DNA of 64,000 bases from Lytechinus pictus (Eukaryota). Positions 1 through 15,000 of this stretch are shown piece after piece. The notes under the pieces are model-generated. The model was not told the origin of the DNA. It was given only the letters and a program-made list of their open reading frames with translations, and made no database searches. The DNA lies in NCBI RefSeq assembly GCF_037042905.1, contig NC_087263.1, positions 15,564,001 through 15,628,000 on the forward strand, in the 5' to 3' direction. The translations under genes were made by a program, and so were the position numbers. Each line of letters begins with the position of its first letter. Position 1 is the stretch's first letter.

Positions 1-85
1 TATTGATCTTGCCTTTGAGCCTCCAATCGCTGGGTTTATTGACTTCTTTAAACTCATGTACTACCAGATAGATGGTAGTGAGCAG
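1..85 (+). CDS. Exon (5' partial), FN3 #1 first half
   Basis: IDLAFEPPIAGFIDFFKLMYYQIDGSEQ then CAG|GTAAAT, phase 0. Confidence 0.75.
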
Positions 86-3000
86 GTAAATGTATTTGGT
101 TCTCTTCATTTAAAGGAAAATCCATCCCAAATAAAAAGTTGTCTTTAGAGGAACAAGAAAAAACAGACAAGTTGATAGGTGAAAGTTTGAAGAATATCGG
201 ACAAAGAATAAGGAAGTAGTGAATTTTTCAAAAGTTGTAAATATTGGTAATCACTATACCAGTGGAGACTTCAAATTGGCCGCATTTGTGATGTCATAGT
301 GAAGTAAGGGCAAGGAGTACTCATCTTTGTTATGCACTAAATAATCACCAATGAACATATATTGGTGAACATCATTTACCACAACAAAGGATCACCAGTC
401 GCTCTTAACTTACGAACAGCTTTATAAAACACCCACCTGGTAACATAAGTGTGGTATGATTTATCATTCAAGTGGGCCTGTATTACTACACAGTTCAGAA
501 TGTTACATTTATAGGCTGGTCATATGTAGGTAGTTTAGGACTGGAGGTGGCGCTATCATGAATGCTGGCTCGTTTCTCTTTTAAAGGGTATACGAACCTG
601 AAGCCTAAATAGCTCCACCTCAAATACGTAACCGATACATGGCCAGGTTCACCTCATGCGAAATCTTGTACCATCGAACTCATGCCTAATCGCTATTCCT
701 ATACTGTATCCTCACAGACGCCTATCATGGAGGAATTGTTAGCTGCTGATGAGACGTCGTTCTCAGTCGAGGGGTTGCAGCCAAACACATCCTACTACTT
801 CAATCTGACTGCTAACAGCGGAACCCCAACGGACTTCACTACAAGCCTCCCAAGAGAAGCCATTTTCACCACCAGTAAGACAATAGCCAGTTTCGCACCG
901 CAATGCAGAATACATTAAAGAACATAGAAAATGTATTGTCACATGACAAAGGGCAACCAAGAAGTCTTTGTTGAAATTCAGTGAATTGAAACAGCAGTTT
1001 CGTTCTGGACTCTGGACGAACGACACAGTTGCAGTTTTTCGTCAGCTCTGAATTTTGATTGAAAAATGATAATGATACAGTTATTAATTTTGGGTGGAAA
1101 CCCCCAAATTGCATTGGATTTGTAGGTGAACTTGTGTTTTTAAGAAATTTGAGTCTGACATGGACTTGAATGATTTTGTGTAATTTTGTAATTGCGTACC
1201 TGGGCATTGCAAAATTGATCTTAAAAGTTTCATGAGAGAAAAAAAAATTACTGAAACAGATTTTTTCACCAAAAAAAGTTGAGGGGGATTCTTTACTGCC
1301 CCCCTCCCATTGGACTATTAAGGTTAAAATCTTCATAATGGTACAAGGTAGATACACACACCTGAGGACTGTTTCAACAATATTTTTGTCTGACAAGTTG
1401 TCAGATTGGACAATTTTCCTTGATTTTGATTGGGCGAAAAGCGCTGCTATTACAGTAACTCTCAGATAAAATGGCCCTTTCTTTAATGGTGAAGACAACT
1501 GTCATACTTATCCTTTACAAGCAGTTAATAATGTTTTGGGAGTCAAATGAGCTGATACATTGAACCTCCACTGTTAAAGATTTATGTAACAACTGGCTTT
1601 TCATAGTTGAACCAGAACTTAAAACCAGAGTTTGAATTAAACCTGACTTAAGAATACGGGCCTTAACATTTTACCTTGTATTTTCATGTTTGATTAGGTG
1701 CTGTACCAGAGCAAACGGTTGTATCTGGCTCCATCACTTGCGACACCATCAAGATCTTCTGGTCGCCTGACCCACAAGACGATGTCCTGTACCGAATAGC
1801 GATTTCACCTGGCCCGTCCACCGACGAGTTCAGTCGTATGCCGGAATACACCTTCATGGAACTCGACGCAGCCACCGAATACACCATTTCAGTGGCCGCT
1901 GTGGCGTTTATTGCGAATTATCGCTCTGACTATGATCCACTAACTGTGCAGACCCGTAAGTTCAGTTTTACTATTTTGATAGATGTAGCAATTCAGGGCT
2001 TTGTTTCACAAAGTGTTACAATTGATCCAATCAAGCTCAACTGTATGGAAATCCATCCATACCATTTTTTTGTACAGGAAATTTGCACCATCTCCTTAGT
2101 AACCAAAGAAGATCACATTGAATCTTCAATAGAATGATGAATGTACGTGAATATACATCATATGTAGAAAATATTTTGAACAAAAATGCATTTTAGATGT
2201 TGATGCTGCTGGCCGTCCATAGTTGTGGTTGATCGGATCAATTGCAACTCTTTTAATGATGGGGCCCAGTTCAAGTTCTATTGCAACCAGGGGCCCATAA
2301 CACAAAGCTTAGCAATGATTGTAGAAAGCTTTTCTACGATTGATTACATTGACTACAATGTACAATCAATCGTCAAAATCAAGCGTACAATTATTTGCTA
2401 ACCTTCGTTACGGGACCCAGATCGCATATTTTGCAGGTTGGTTTATCTACATATAAAATGATTGAGAATTATACATTTCACATTTCAAAGATTGGTTATC
2501 AATGTTGATTTAAATGCCAAAGTACATGTATGATCTTAAAAAGTCAACACTCTTTAAAAAAGAGCTTAAGTTAAAATATTGATATACATACTGAAAAAAG
2601 GAGCTCTGAATAAAAGCAATTTAAGAGTTGTGCCTTATTTAGGCATTTTTAGAAGAACCATTTAAACTAAAAATATTGCTTAGATTCTTTCTTTTTCCTC
2701 AAGACAACATTAAAAGAAGTAAACTTGTTTATACATGTAAATGGTACTTTTTTTATACATGCACAGGTCCGAATGGTCCCGGAAGTATTACCGTCAGTGA
2801 CACAACAACCACGACAATCGAGATTACGTGGGCACCACCAGTAGACGGCAATTTTGATGCTTACATTGTCTCTATCTCATCTGAAGGTGGTTTGCCTAGG
2901 GTAAGTCAATAGAGTATCAACGTCATCAATTTTCACTTTTTGCATTTCAGCGTTATTGATACCATATTTTGGTAGAGCATGATGAAAAACCCCCACAAGG

Positions 3001-6000
3001 CAAATTTGGTGGGAATCAGTCCATGAGGGCCTTAGATATGATATCATGTATACATAATTAGACCCGTTGAAGTTAGTGTATTATTGGCCTGGTTCCTAAC
3101 ATTTAGAACTTGGCCAAAATTACATTGATATCAATGGGGCTAATTATGCATTCACGAGGTCGATCATATCTAAGGCTCCCCATGGACCGATTCCCACCAA
3201 ATTTTGGTAGTGGGTGTTTTTCATCATGCTCTACCAAAATATGGTATCAATAAATCTGAAATGCTAAAAAAAAAATTTATGATGTCATGTCTTTGGTACT
3301 CTATATGCATATTCATGAGTTCATAATATGTGAATGCCCCTTTGCCAATGAAATTTGAAATATTGATGCATGCATGTATACTATGTGCATGTCATTATTT
3401 GTTAGTATGCAGATGTGAATATTCATTAGTTTGTGAATGTGATGCTTTCTTTTGAAATGAAAATGATAATTCATGAATGTGTATGTTGTGTCTTTATTGA
3501 TTATGAACAACATTAAGCTTAATGTATACATGTAAATGATGATTCAATTACAATTATCATAATTATGTATATATTCATCATGAATATCAATAAGAAAATG
3601 ATGTTGCAATTGTGGTGCATATTCATTTGTGAATGTGAAAATTAATTCTGTAATCAATAATACATTGCTAGACCATTCTGTAATGAGTATTAGTACATGT
3701 AGTGTATTCCTATAAATATTTATTCTGTAATGAAAGTAATGTATTTCTATGAATATTCATTCTGTGATAAAAATACATTAATGAATGTGAATAACTAACA
3801 CATTTCTATGAATAAGAATGAAATATTGAAGATAAGTATGTCTTATGTATCACATCAATATTTGCAATGTTGTGAACACAATTTTTTACATGAAATTGAC
3901 ATTCCTTGCATTAATTTATTGTTATATTTATCATCAAATATTCCTTTTTTTAACAATATCTAGATAGATTCTTGTCATTTGATTGGTTGTTTGATGTCGA
4001 TCATTCGGCCCATTTTACAATGACGTCATCGTTTGTGCTATTGAGGATCTACATGTACCATCATAGAGTTTTAGATCCATATGATTTTGTCCATTGCGTG
4101 CTCGCCGAGACTCATTTGCATTTGAAACGTGCTTTACTCTCACATGGACAGTGTAATTATGTGACAATCTGTGCATCCACATTTGTGAATTTCAAATGAC
4201 AAGGATCTATTTTCAGGTTTCATATAAAACAAATACTGAATTTTTCTTTCATTCGTGCCAAACTTCACCTAATGAAGTATTCTGTCCATTGCACTTATAA
4301 ACTTTCACTATTTGTATATCATTCTATGATTTTCAAATTGTTATTATCTTCATTATTATGATACAGGAGTATGACGAAATCCCTAGGTCGGAGGAAAGAC
4401 GACTTTCTATCACCGGACTTGATGCTGATGTCCTTTACACCATTGAAATCGATACAGTGATCTACGGATCACAAAGATTGATAAGCTGCGAGACTGCTTC
4501 TATAGATGCCAGGACAGGTAAGTGCTCCATGAGCTTCTTGCGCTACAAATTAAATGGATGCTCCAGGCTGAAGATATTTATACCTCAATAAATTAGTCAA
4601 GAGTAAAATTCACAGAGCAAAATGCTGAAAATTTGATCAAAATTGTATAACAATAACAAAGTTATTGCATTTTAAAGATTTGCATTATTCCGGTGAAACA
4701 GTTCTAGGCATGTCTTAATGAATATTCATTAGGAGGGCTGATGATTTCATAACCCCACTTGTTCTTTTGTATTTTATCGTATGAAATTAGGTTTATTTAA
4801 AAATTTCTACCAAAAACGAAAACAATTGGATTGACAACTAATTAAGTGCATTATTTATTTATTGCTGCAACTTATTTCATCATAATGGCGACACAGCATT
4901 TACACATTTATGAAAAAATGAAACAATTATGATTTCATGTAATAACATAAGAAAAAAGGAAAGTGTGCATGTGATATCATCAGCCCACCTAATGATTATT
5001 CATGAAGACATGCCTAGAACTGTTTCACCGGAATAATGAATATCATTTATTATTATCATTTCAATGGAATAATGCAAATCCTAAAAATTCAATAACTTCG
5101 TTATTTGTTATCTGATTTTGATGAAATTTTCAGCATTTTGCTCTGTGAATTTTACTCTATTTATTTAGATATAAATATTCTCAGCCTGGAGTATCCCCTT
5201 GATAATCGCCAACAATGTCCATGGTGAAGGGGGGAGGGTATATCAACTACCCAATTTTAAAAAGTTAATATCAATTGCACATTCATTCATAAATTCCAAT
5301 TATGTAAAATAAACTCAAGTATCATCTAATTTGCATATCTGATAAGAGTGTGGTGACTTTTTTATTATTCTCCTGCCGCTGATTTTTGATTAAATTTCAA
5401 ATCTGTAATATCTAGCACCCTCTCCCTGGGATGCATTTCGTTTTCATTTAAAAGATTCTTTGACCACATATCTTGCAAATTTCTAGTTGCCTTGGATGAG
5501 GGTCAGATCACAGTTACAGCCTTCACAACAAATTCCATCACAGTCATCTTTGGTAAGAAAGAAGATGCTAGGGGATACATTGTAGCCTTGAGGAACCTCG
5601 ATGGTAGCACGCCAGTGGAACGTGAAGCCAACCTGCAACCTTCGGCTCGCGCTCGTGTGACCTTTGACATGCTAACTCCAGGAGTGAATTATGCTATCAC
5701 ACTTGACTCGGAAGGAGAGATTGAGCAGAGGACACGTAAGTATTTCTTTTTCATTTATTCCCATATTCTATTAAACAACAGAAAAAGGCATGACTAAAAC
5801 AACAAAAATAGACAATATTAACAATTTCAAAGTACAACGAACAATAGCGCAGTCGGTAAAGCGGGGGTTTCTGATTCTGATGACTTGGATTTGATTCCTA
5901 CTTGGTGTGCTAGTGTCCTTTGGTAGGGCATTAATCCTCATTACCCTTGGAGAGGACCTTAAGCCATCAATCCTCTGGTTCCTTGCTTACAAGCATTGAT

Positions 6001-9000
6001 GCTTTCTTAGCTATCAGGTAAAAAAAGAAAATCACCACCACTACCACAACCAAAGAAACAAAACATGTAAATCTGAATATGGAGGGATTGTCAAAGCCAA
6101 AGATGGTTATCAAGGGGATCCCAGAATAAGATTATTAAAACATGTATTTCAAGATAAGAGAGACAAAGACATAAAGTGCAGAGAGGGGGAAGGATTGATA
6201 GAGAGAGAGAAGGAGAGGGGAGAGAGAGGGAGAGAAAGAGTGGTATAAGATGATAACTGAAAATATAAGGATAAGGAAAGAGTTGATGGTGTCTTAAAAA
6301 GATTGAAATCAGAAAATTACATTTGATGGAAAAGCATCCCTATCAAGAAAAATCGCCGCATGTTTTGATTTGTGCTACCCACTCTACTAGATATTATTGT
6401 TGCCATTGTCAATAATTTATTATCACTTACATTTATGACTACTAATTTTATGATGATTATCATTTTCATTCATGCAGTTATCATTTATATGTTTAACTGA
6501 TTTTTTTTTAAAGTTAAAATTGTAAGTTTATCCCTTCATCGTGTGCTGCTAGTCAACATATTTGAATAAATGAATAAATGACTTTCCTCTTGTATGATCA
6601 GGACCTGTACCGCCTAGTATCGTCCTGACTCCAACCTCCACCGTCACGTCGTTTGAAGTCGTCTGGAACCTACCACTCGGAGTCTACCACAATTTCCTTC
6701 TTGTCATCACCAACCCCGATGGCACGACTAGGCCAGAGGTTGCCCTCGGGCCAACGGACATCTCAAGGGAAGTTGATGAGCTTCTTCCGGGAACAGAGTA
6801 CTCAATCCAGCTTTATTCCACCGTGGGAACGGGAGATAGCTTGATCCGTAGTGAGCCCACTGAAGTTCAAGGAATGACTGGTAAGGTGCTCCGGTGACAA
6901 TTGCCCCTGCGACAATCGCTCGAGTCTTGATATCTCAGACGGCATAGCGTTAGAGTTAGAATTATAATAGTTTTTGGTTAAGAATAATGTAAAGATAAGG
7001 ATTTGGATTTGGACTTAGTGTTGATGTTTGTTTTTATGTTTTGCTTAATGTGCAAATTTTCCATCAGAACAATTGTCGCCCGTGCAATTCTCATGTAACC
7101 AGTCAGAGAGTAGTTGGTAATGTCACTCATTAAGCCTGTTTGAGACTGACTGATTTTGCTCTAACACATGTTTTTTATCGACTATAAATGATTATTATCT
7201 GGATATTTATACAGCATTTAAGACATACACGTTGCATATCTAAGTGCTTACAGATTGACTATCACACCAGCTTTCTGATTCAATCAGTCATTCCTGTACA
7301 CAGTGTATGCACATCCTCCACTCCCTGGGGAGTTTTCCAGCCAGTCACCATGTAAGGCGCTCACAATGCTGAACAAGCTAATGTACATGTACAATGACTT
7401 CATAACCATTTCATCTACTTTCATAAATAGATGAAGTGGAGATTAGAATCTGGGCATTAGAACAAGTGATAGTTTGATCACATGGTGCTACTTAAACATA
7501 TTGATGACCTAGTGCGCTTACCCATGATTACCTTAGACAATATGAGAAGTAGTAGACAAAGTTGATTAAAAAATCTGGTGTATGTTTGCATGTATACGTT
7601 TACTTTGACCATAGGAAGTAACTCAATATATACTTTATAATATAATCTCTAAGTGCACTGGAAGTGGTCTTTATAGACCAAACCACGGACAGTCTAGAGG
7701 TTGCTTGGGGTGCCAGTCCTTACCGTTGTAACTTCCCTCTTTTTGTTCTCTTTTTCCACTTATCAGCACTTGAGCACATCCATGTGGATTAAGCTCCTTA
7801 GGAATATTCTTTATTATTATGAGTATTAATGTTGTCCTGTTTTATAGAATCTCTAAGTGCGCTGAAAGTGATCTACATAGACCGGACCACGGATAGTCTA
7901 GAGGTGGCTTGGGGTGCCAGTTCTTCACCCAACCCCGGTGGGTACAGGATCTTCTTCCACCCTGAAGGACAAACCGACACCACACCTCTTATCGCCCAGG
8001 ATAGAGACATCAGAAGAGGATCTCTTCAAGCCGGGCAGCTGTACAACGTCAGCGTCGTGCCCGTAAACTACCCTGAAGAACTTGGAACTCTGGCAGTCAG
8101 AACAAGTAGGTTATTGTCAAAAGACCTTCAGACTCTAATGGTTTAGGCAGTCATGCAAGTTCATTGAAGTGTCTGATTTTTTTCTCATACAGTGTATTAC
8201 AAATTTATTTCCCAATGGATATGATTTAGGAGCGCACCAAGTTGCACCTATTTTGTTGTTATGCCTCAGCCAAGTGAAGTTGTTTGCAGGAGGCATCATG
8301 TTGCAGTTTTTTGGGTTGCCCATTACTCTTTCCCATTTTGGTTCTTTTGATAACTGGAGACTTGTTTGATCAACTTCAGACAGGGTCCAAGTGTGCATAC
8401 AGAAGTGAAAATGATCTGATTAGTTTTGGGGTATCAAGCTTAGAGGGACAAAGGTTACAGAGGTCATTGTATTCATTGTTAACTTGTTCTTGCAATGATT
8501 TGAGAGACACAAACTTCAAAGTTTCTTCTATTATATGTATCACATGTTTAGTGTCTCAAGGACAAAGGTCAAAGTTTGCAAGGTCAGAGGACAATTTTGC
8601 AATAACTGGAGGACTGTTTAAGGGTTAAATTTTAAATGTGGCTCATTTACATAATATGCATATGAGTGCAGATAATCTTGTAGATTTAAAGTGAAAGGTC
8701 AAAGGTAACACTGGTCATTAATCTAGATTTAAAAAAAAAATTCTGGCAATGGCTGAGGCATAAATTTCGGCTGTGTGTTGTCGATTATGATCACATTTTA
8801 AACTTAATTCATGTTGCTTTATGAATGATCTGATTGGTCCCAGATATTGGCATTTATGTTTTCTTATTTTTGCATAGTTCCTTTTGCTGTTCGGGGTCTG
8901 GAACTGGCTGGGGATCCCAGCTCTATATCATTTGCCATTTCTTGGATCCAACCGGTGAGCGGAGTTTATGATGGCTATGTAGTGTACATTGCAGGCACAG

Positions 9001-12000
9001 ACAATGTAGAACGGCAGATAGCCAGAATAGGTGATACTGATACGACACAACTCCTTATTGAGGTGAGCATACTACATGTATGTCTTCTACTTTGAAGGTG
9101 AAGTGAGATGACCAACACTGCATGTGCTTTCTAATTGTCTACCTACATCTATTCTTAAAATATACCTTTTGAAATAACTATTAGTAATCCTGAAAATTAA
9201 TTAGCCAATAATTTAATTTCATGAAATAATCATCATTTTTTGTACGTCCTATCCTAATTTTATCAAGGTTCGGTTATTTTCAGTAGCCACTCAAGCCATG
9301 AGAATTTGAGAGCATTGCACCTTTTAATATGGCACAAAGACCAATCATGCCAGGGGGCCGTTTCATAAAGCTGTTCGTAAGTTAAGAGCGACTTTAAGAG
9401 CGATTGGTGAACCCTTTTTACGCGCTAAACCATCGCCAATTCAATATACCATTTACCACAAGCATGACAAGAAAGGTTCACCAGTCGTTCTTAAAGTCGC
9501 TCTTAACTTACGAACATCTTATGAAATACCCACCAGGAATGTCCCAAATGTAGAGGGGAGGGATGGACATACTTTTCTTATTTTCATACTGTGTTTCTGT
9601 TTTTCTTTCTTTGTTTAATGCGCCTTGTATCTAATGAAAAAGCACTATATGAATAGAATGTATTATTATTATTATTATCATGGAAGTGACCAATGGTTCC
9701 TCAAATCAGGAAGACATTCCAAAATTGTTTTTCTCTGTCTTTCAACCTTAACAGGACCTGGACCCGAATCGTGAATACATCGTGTCCGTCTATGCCGTTG
9801 CAGGCTTTGACCAGTCTACAGAGGTCCTCAGCGAAGTCACCAAGGCTGATGTCTCAACTGGTAGGTGCTTCATAAAGCTGTTTAACTTTTACAAACTACT
9901 TTACAAACGACTGTAACATCTCTTTAGGTGCTAGCTCAACTGCTTAGTGATATATTATTTAGCACAAGAATGAGTCTTCTGTCATGCATAAAGTTATTTG
10001 TAACTTGCCATCAGCTGTATGAAACAGATGATCGGTTCTGTTCAAACATTCAGTCAATGGAATAAAGATCTTGGTGTCAAGAGCATGTCATTGGAACTTT
10101 AATGTTAGGATCAAAAATATACTTTTGCTTGGTATCCTTTACCTGACAATAAATTGCTGCTATTGACATAAATACTTTTTGCCTTATTCATCAAGTGTCG
10201 CTGGATCCGCTGGCATTGGAGACGTATTCATTGACTGAGACGACGATTGGTGTTGCCTTCGGACCGGCCAGTGAAGAAGACCTTGTGGGCTCTTCAGGAT
10301 ACACTTTGGCATTGACACAAGAAGGCTCAACCATCGAGGCTACCAACATACCAATTGGTAAGATCAAATATGACCCACCAACTCAAAACCCATAATAAGT
10401 AACCAGGGAAGGCCCTCTCTTGAATAGCTATAATAGTTATTTTGGTCTCCAGAAATTAAAATTCCCAAATTTGCTTGTGTTAAAGTTTATCCTTCTTCAT
10501 ACCATAAAAAAATCGAAGTTGTAAACTTTAATAGGATAGAGGAGTTTCTTTGACACCACTTGTTTTCTGGACTGGTTGGAAGTTTCACTGAGTTTGCAGC
10601 GTGTACACAACTCATGCTTGAGTGAACCCCAAAATTCAAGCCTTGTCTTCTCATGAAGTTTGCTCTTTGAATCTCTCTCTGAGTTCCTTCTACAGTCAAT
10701 CAAGTACTTGTTTGAGTTATTGTCGATCAATTTTGACAATTTATATATCTAAAGCTGAGGATGCGCTTTGTCAATCTCAATAAAAAATCTTGAAAATCAA
10801 TTTAGGTGACTTATTGGATTTTAGCAGGCAGGTCATAAATCACTCATAATATTTTTAAGTTCTTTAATCCATGCCCTTTCAAATTGGAGTGCCTCTTTTG
10901 GAAGCATATTGGAATTGAAGAAATTCCATAGCCATTTTTTTTAAATGCAAAGAGAAAAAAAAATCTTGCACAAGATATGCGCTTCTGATTGTTATGAAAT
11001 CAAGTTATTTGAGTTAACTTTAGTTGCTTTTAATTTCATATTTTCTGCAAGGGGCAAAAAGCATCTGAAATGTATGAATATACATGTAGGTGGGATTGAA
11101 AATTATTTCCCTTTGAAAGACTTAATGATTCTAGATATACAGTTGTTGGACCTATTATAAAGGCATTTTTATACATGTAAGACATAACATGTGCATGTCA
11201 GTGTATATGGTAAAAAGCAAAATAAACTTTAGACATATGATTTTTGTTATACAGTATGTACATGCATATATTTTGGATGTAATTGACCTATAAAGACGTA
11301 TGGTAAATAAGAAGTATGTCACATAAGTCAAATTCAGTTCAGTTCAGTTCATTTATTTGTCTTCCAACTTTGAGTTTGAATACATGACAAACATACAAGT
11401 GTGTATGAAACAATAAGCAGAGTACATGATAAAACATACAGGTATACGTAAAAGAGATTATGCAGAAAACATTGTTTTTAAATACATTATACAGCTTAAG
11501 ACAGAAAAGAAATAAATTTAAGGAAGACGAGGAGACCTAAGTGAAGCAATACTTGTAAATTAAGGTTCCTCATTACGAATTCAAAGAACATTAGATAAAC
11601 AACACAGAAATGGCAATATAATATAATATGATAACTAAAGAGAGATGCGGGGAGAGAAGAGGGACACATTTATGTACAAAAGGGACAAAAAAGGGGTCAT
11701 GAGGACAGGGACCAGCCAGGCCCGGGAAAGGGGGGGATGAAACGTATTGATAAATTAGCATTAACTAATAAATAACACACACAAAAATAGGCTTTACGAA
11801 TCACTTCCATAGTTACTCAGTAAATAAGATTTCAATTTTCGTTTAAACACTGTAGAACGAACTGACAGCATGTGTAATGTCAGGGTCAAGTGCATTCCAA
11901 AACCTGGGTCCAGTGCAAACTAGAGTGCCCAAAGTGAATTTTGTTCTTGCACGAGATATATGGAGAGTGGAAGATTGTCTAGTATTGTAATTGTGTACTT

Positions 12001-15000
12001 GACTATTTTTCTTAAATATCAGTGCCAGGGCTGAAGGGAGACTTCCTGAATCAATTCAATTTTCAAGAGATCCTAGCTGCATAAAGTAAATATCTTCCAC
12101 TTTCAATAAGTGATTGTCATGAAATAAAACATTTGTATGGGCACGATAACTGACATTACATATACTTCTAATAGCTCTCTTCTGAACAATGAATATTTTT
12201 TGCAATTGCATTTTAAGTGAGTTGCCCCAGGCAAGCACACCGTAGTTTAAGTAAGGAACAATTAATGAGGAATATAATATAAATAAAATTTCTTTAGGGA
12301 AAACTGACCTCAACTTGTATATAACACCAGTATTTTTTTACAACAGTTTGCAGAGATGATTTACATGGAGTTTCCAGTTCAATTTCTCATCAATTATTAA
12401 CCCAAGAAATTTAGTTGAGGTTACTCTTTCAAGACAGACATCATTAAACATTACATTGCCAGGCAAAATTTTTAAGGAATTGCTAAAAAGCATATAATTC
12501 GTCTTTTGAAAATTAAGTGATAATTTATTGGCTTGAACCCACAAGATAACATTCTTAAATTCACTGTTTCTATCAGGGTTAGAGGATTCCTATGTGAAAA
12601 AAATACACTAGAATCATCAGCAAAGAAAATAAAGGATAATTTGTTTTATGAATTTTGAAAATCATTTATATACAGTATGAATAAGAGAGGTCCTAGAAGA
12701 GACCCCTGAGGTACACCACATGTAACAGTTTGCAAGCTGGAATTAATTCTATTCAAAGATACAAATTGTCTCCTGTCAGTGAGATAACTCCTGAACCACT
12801 CAAGGGCAACACCTCTCACTCCATAATGGGATAACTTATGTAGCAAAATTTCATGATCAACTGTATCAAAAGCCTTGGAAAAATCTAAGAATATACCAAT
12901 TGTGCTCAAGTAATTATCCAAGGCAGTGGCAACCTTATCAACAAAGTGCAAAATGGCATGTGTAGTTGTATGCTTCTCGCGAAACCCAAATTGAAAATTC
13001 GAAAAGATATTCGACTTTTTAAAGAAATGTATGACCCTTGCATGTATGAGTTTTTCAAGGATTTTTGAAAAAGATGTCAACAAAGAAATTGGACGATAAT
13101 TGGTCAACAATTCGGGGTTGCCTTTCTTAAAAATTGGCACAACTTTTGCAATTTTCATGCTTCTAGGCACAATGCCATTTGACATTGAAAGATTAAAGAT
13201 GTGAGAAAGAGGTGTCAAGATTCCTACAATAACATGTTTAATAAGTTCATTTTTAATATTATCACAGCCTGGGCTCTTTTTACTTTTGAGAGATCTAACC
13301 GCATCAGTCAACTCTTCCTCACTTGTAGGCAAAAAAAATAGACTTTCCAAAGTAGGCTCAGACAAGAAATCAACATAGGTTTTTTGACAGGGTGGAATAG
13401 CCGCCTGTAAATTTTACAATATTACAAAAATAATTGTTGAACTCTTCTACAATAACACTGTTATCATCCACAACTTGATCATTTATAATTACCTGTTTTA
13501 TCTTTGAAACCTTAAGTGGTGCTTTAAAAACATTTCTGATCACTTTCCAGGTATCCTTAATATTATTAAAAGTCGCTTGGAATTGAGCACAGTAATATTG
13601 CTTTTTTGCATTGCGCAATGTAGCAGTTAAAGTATTTCTATAAGCTGAATATTTTCTATAAAAAAATGCTGACTTTGTTTGTTTATATTGTTTTAATTAT
13701 ACATTATATTGTAATAATGATCATGGTTTTTCATTCAAGAATGTTGAATAGAGATAATACAGTGCATTAGACTTAAAGAATATTGCTTGTTGACATAATA
13801 AGACATAACATATATCATACCTTCATGTATGACAATATTTTTTTTTACATGTACATGTATGTATGAGGCCATAAAAATAAGACATTTAAGAATTTTAGAC
13901 GTGGTGATACATATAAGGCATCAGAGATTTTTGTGTAATTTGTAAGTTTATTTTAAATAGTTTTTTTTTCATTGTACCCATTACAGATGGTTCTACGAAG
14001 TATGTCTTCACCAATCTTATACCAGGGACCTTATACATTGCCCAGGTGGAAGTCAGGAACACTGATGTTCTTTCAGATGAATTGGGCATTAGAACTAGTA
14101 AGTCACTCATTTGTCTTGTGTGTTCATGGTAGAGTTCATATCTATTTGTTGCAATATGTATTGTGTGGGTGTGTGTTTTCTTTTTGTCAGACGTGTATCA
14201 ATCTGATCCAGTGGCGGACTGTGACCGGAGGAGACAAAGCAATGGAGGGACACAGCATTGTTCACAAACAATACAGTGCCCCTCCAACCAATTGTTTCCT
14301 CCGGGTCACGGTCCGCCACTGATCAGATCTGATTATTTACATCTTAAACCGACCTTTAACATCACCCTCTGAAAGATGCGACCAAGGCTCGAACCTCAGC
14401 ATCAATTTGTAACTTTCCCACGTAGCTGGGATAACTGGCCCATGCTATGCTACAATGCCCAGTTGTATTTTTTGTGGAATTTGAGAAAATTCAGATTAAG
14501 GGCAACAGACGATTACATGTTAAAGGGAGATTACAATGTGTTTTCATGGGGAATTCGACACCATTGGGGTATAAATCATCCAGAGTCGAACAAGATTTTG
14601 CAATAACCAGCAGATGCTATGTAATGCCACTGGGTATTACCTATGGGAAATTGTTTCCCTGCATTCCGAAGTTTGGTTAATTTAGGCCATGGTCTATTTC
14701 TGCTAAAATTGCATGTATGGGAAGCTGAAAATTTCCAATCATTGTAACTAATTTATCTATTTCTTTCAGTTCCTCTGCAAGATTCCAATTTTAGGGACAC
14801 CATGGTTTCAGAAGATGAGATCTTGCTCTCTGGATGTCAACACTGAGTTGTGATGAATGAAGTATTAACTTCAGCTAATCATTGTCACCACTTTTACTTT
14901 TTCTTGTAGTTCCTCTGCAAGCTTCCAATTTCAGAGACACGATGGTTACAGCAGATGAAATCTCGCTCTCCTGGACGCCTGCTTCGGGTAACGTTGATGG

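Noticed and set aside
866..1498. 210-aa minus-strand ORF
   Set aside because: No recognisable domain; overlaps intronic repeat-like sequence antisense to the FN3 gene.
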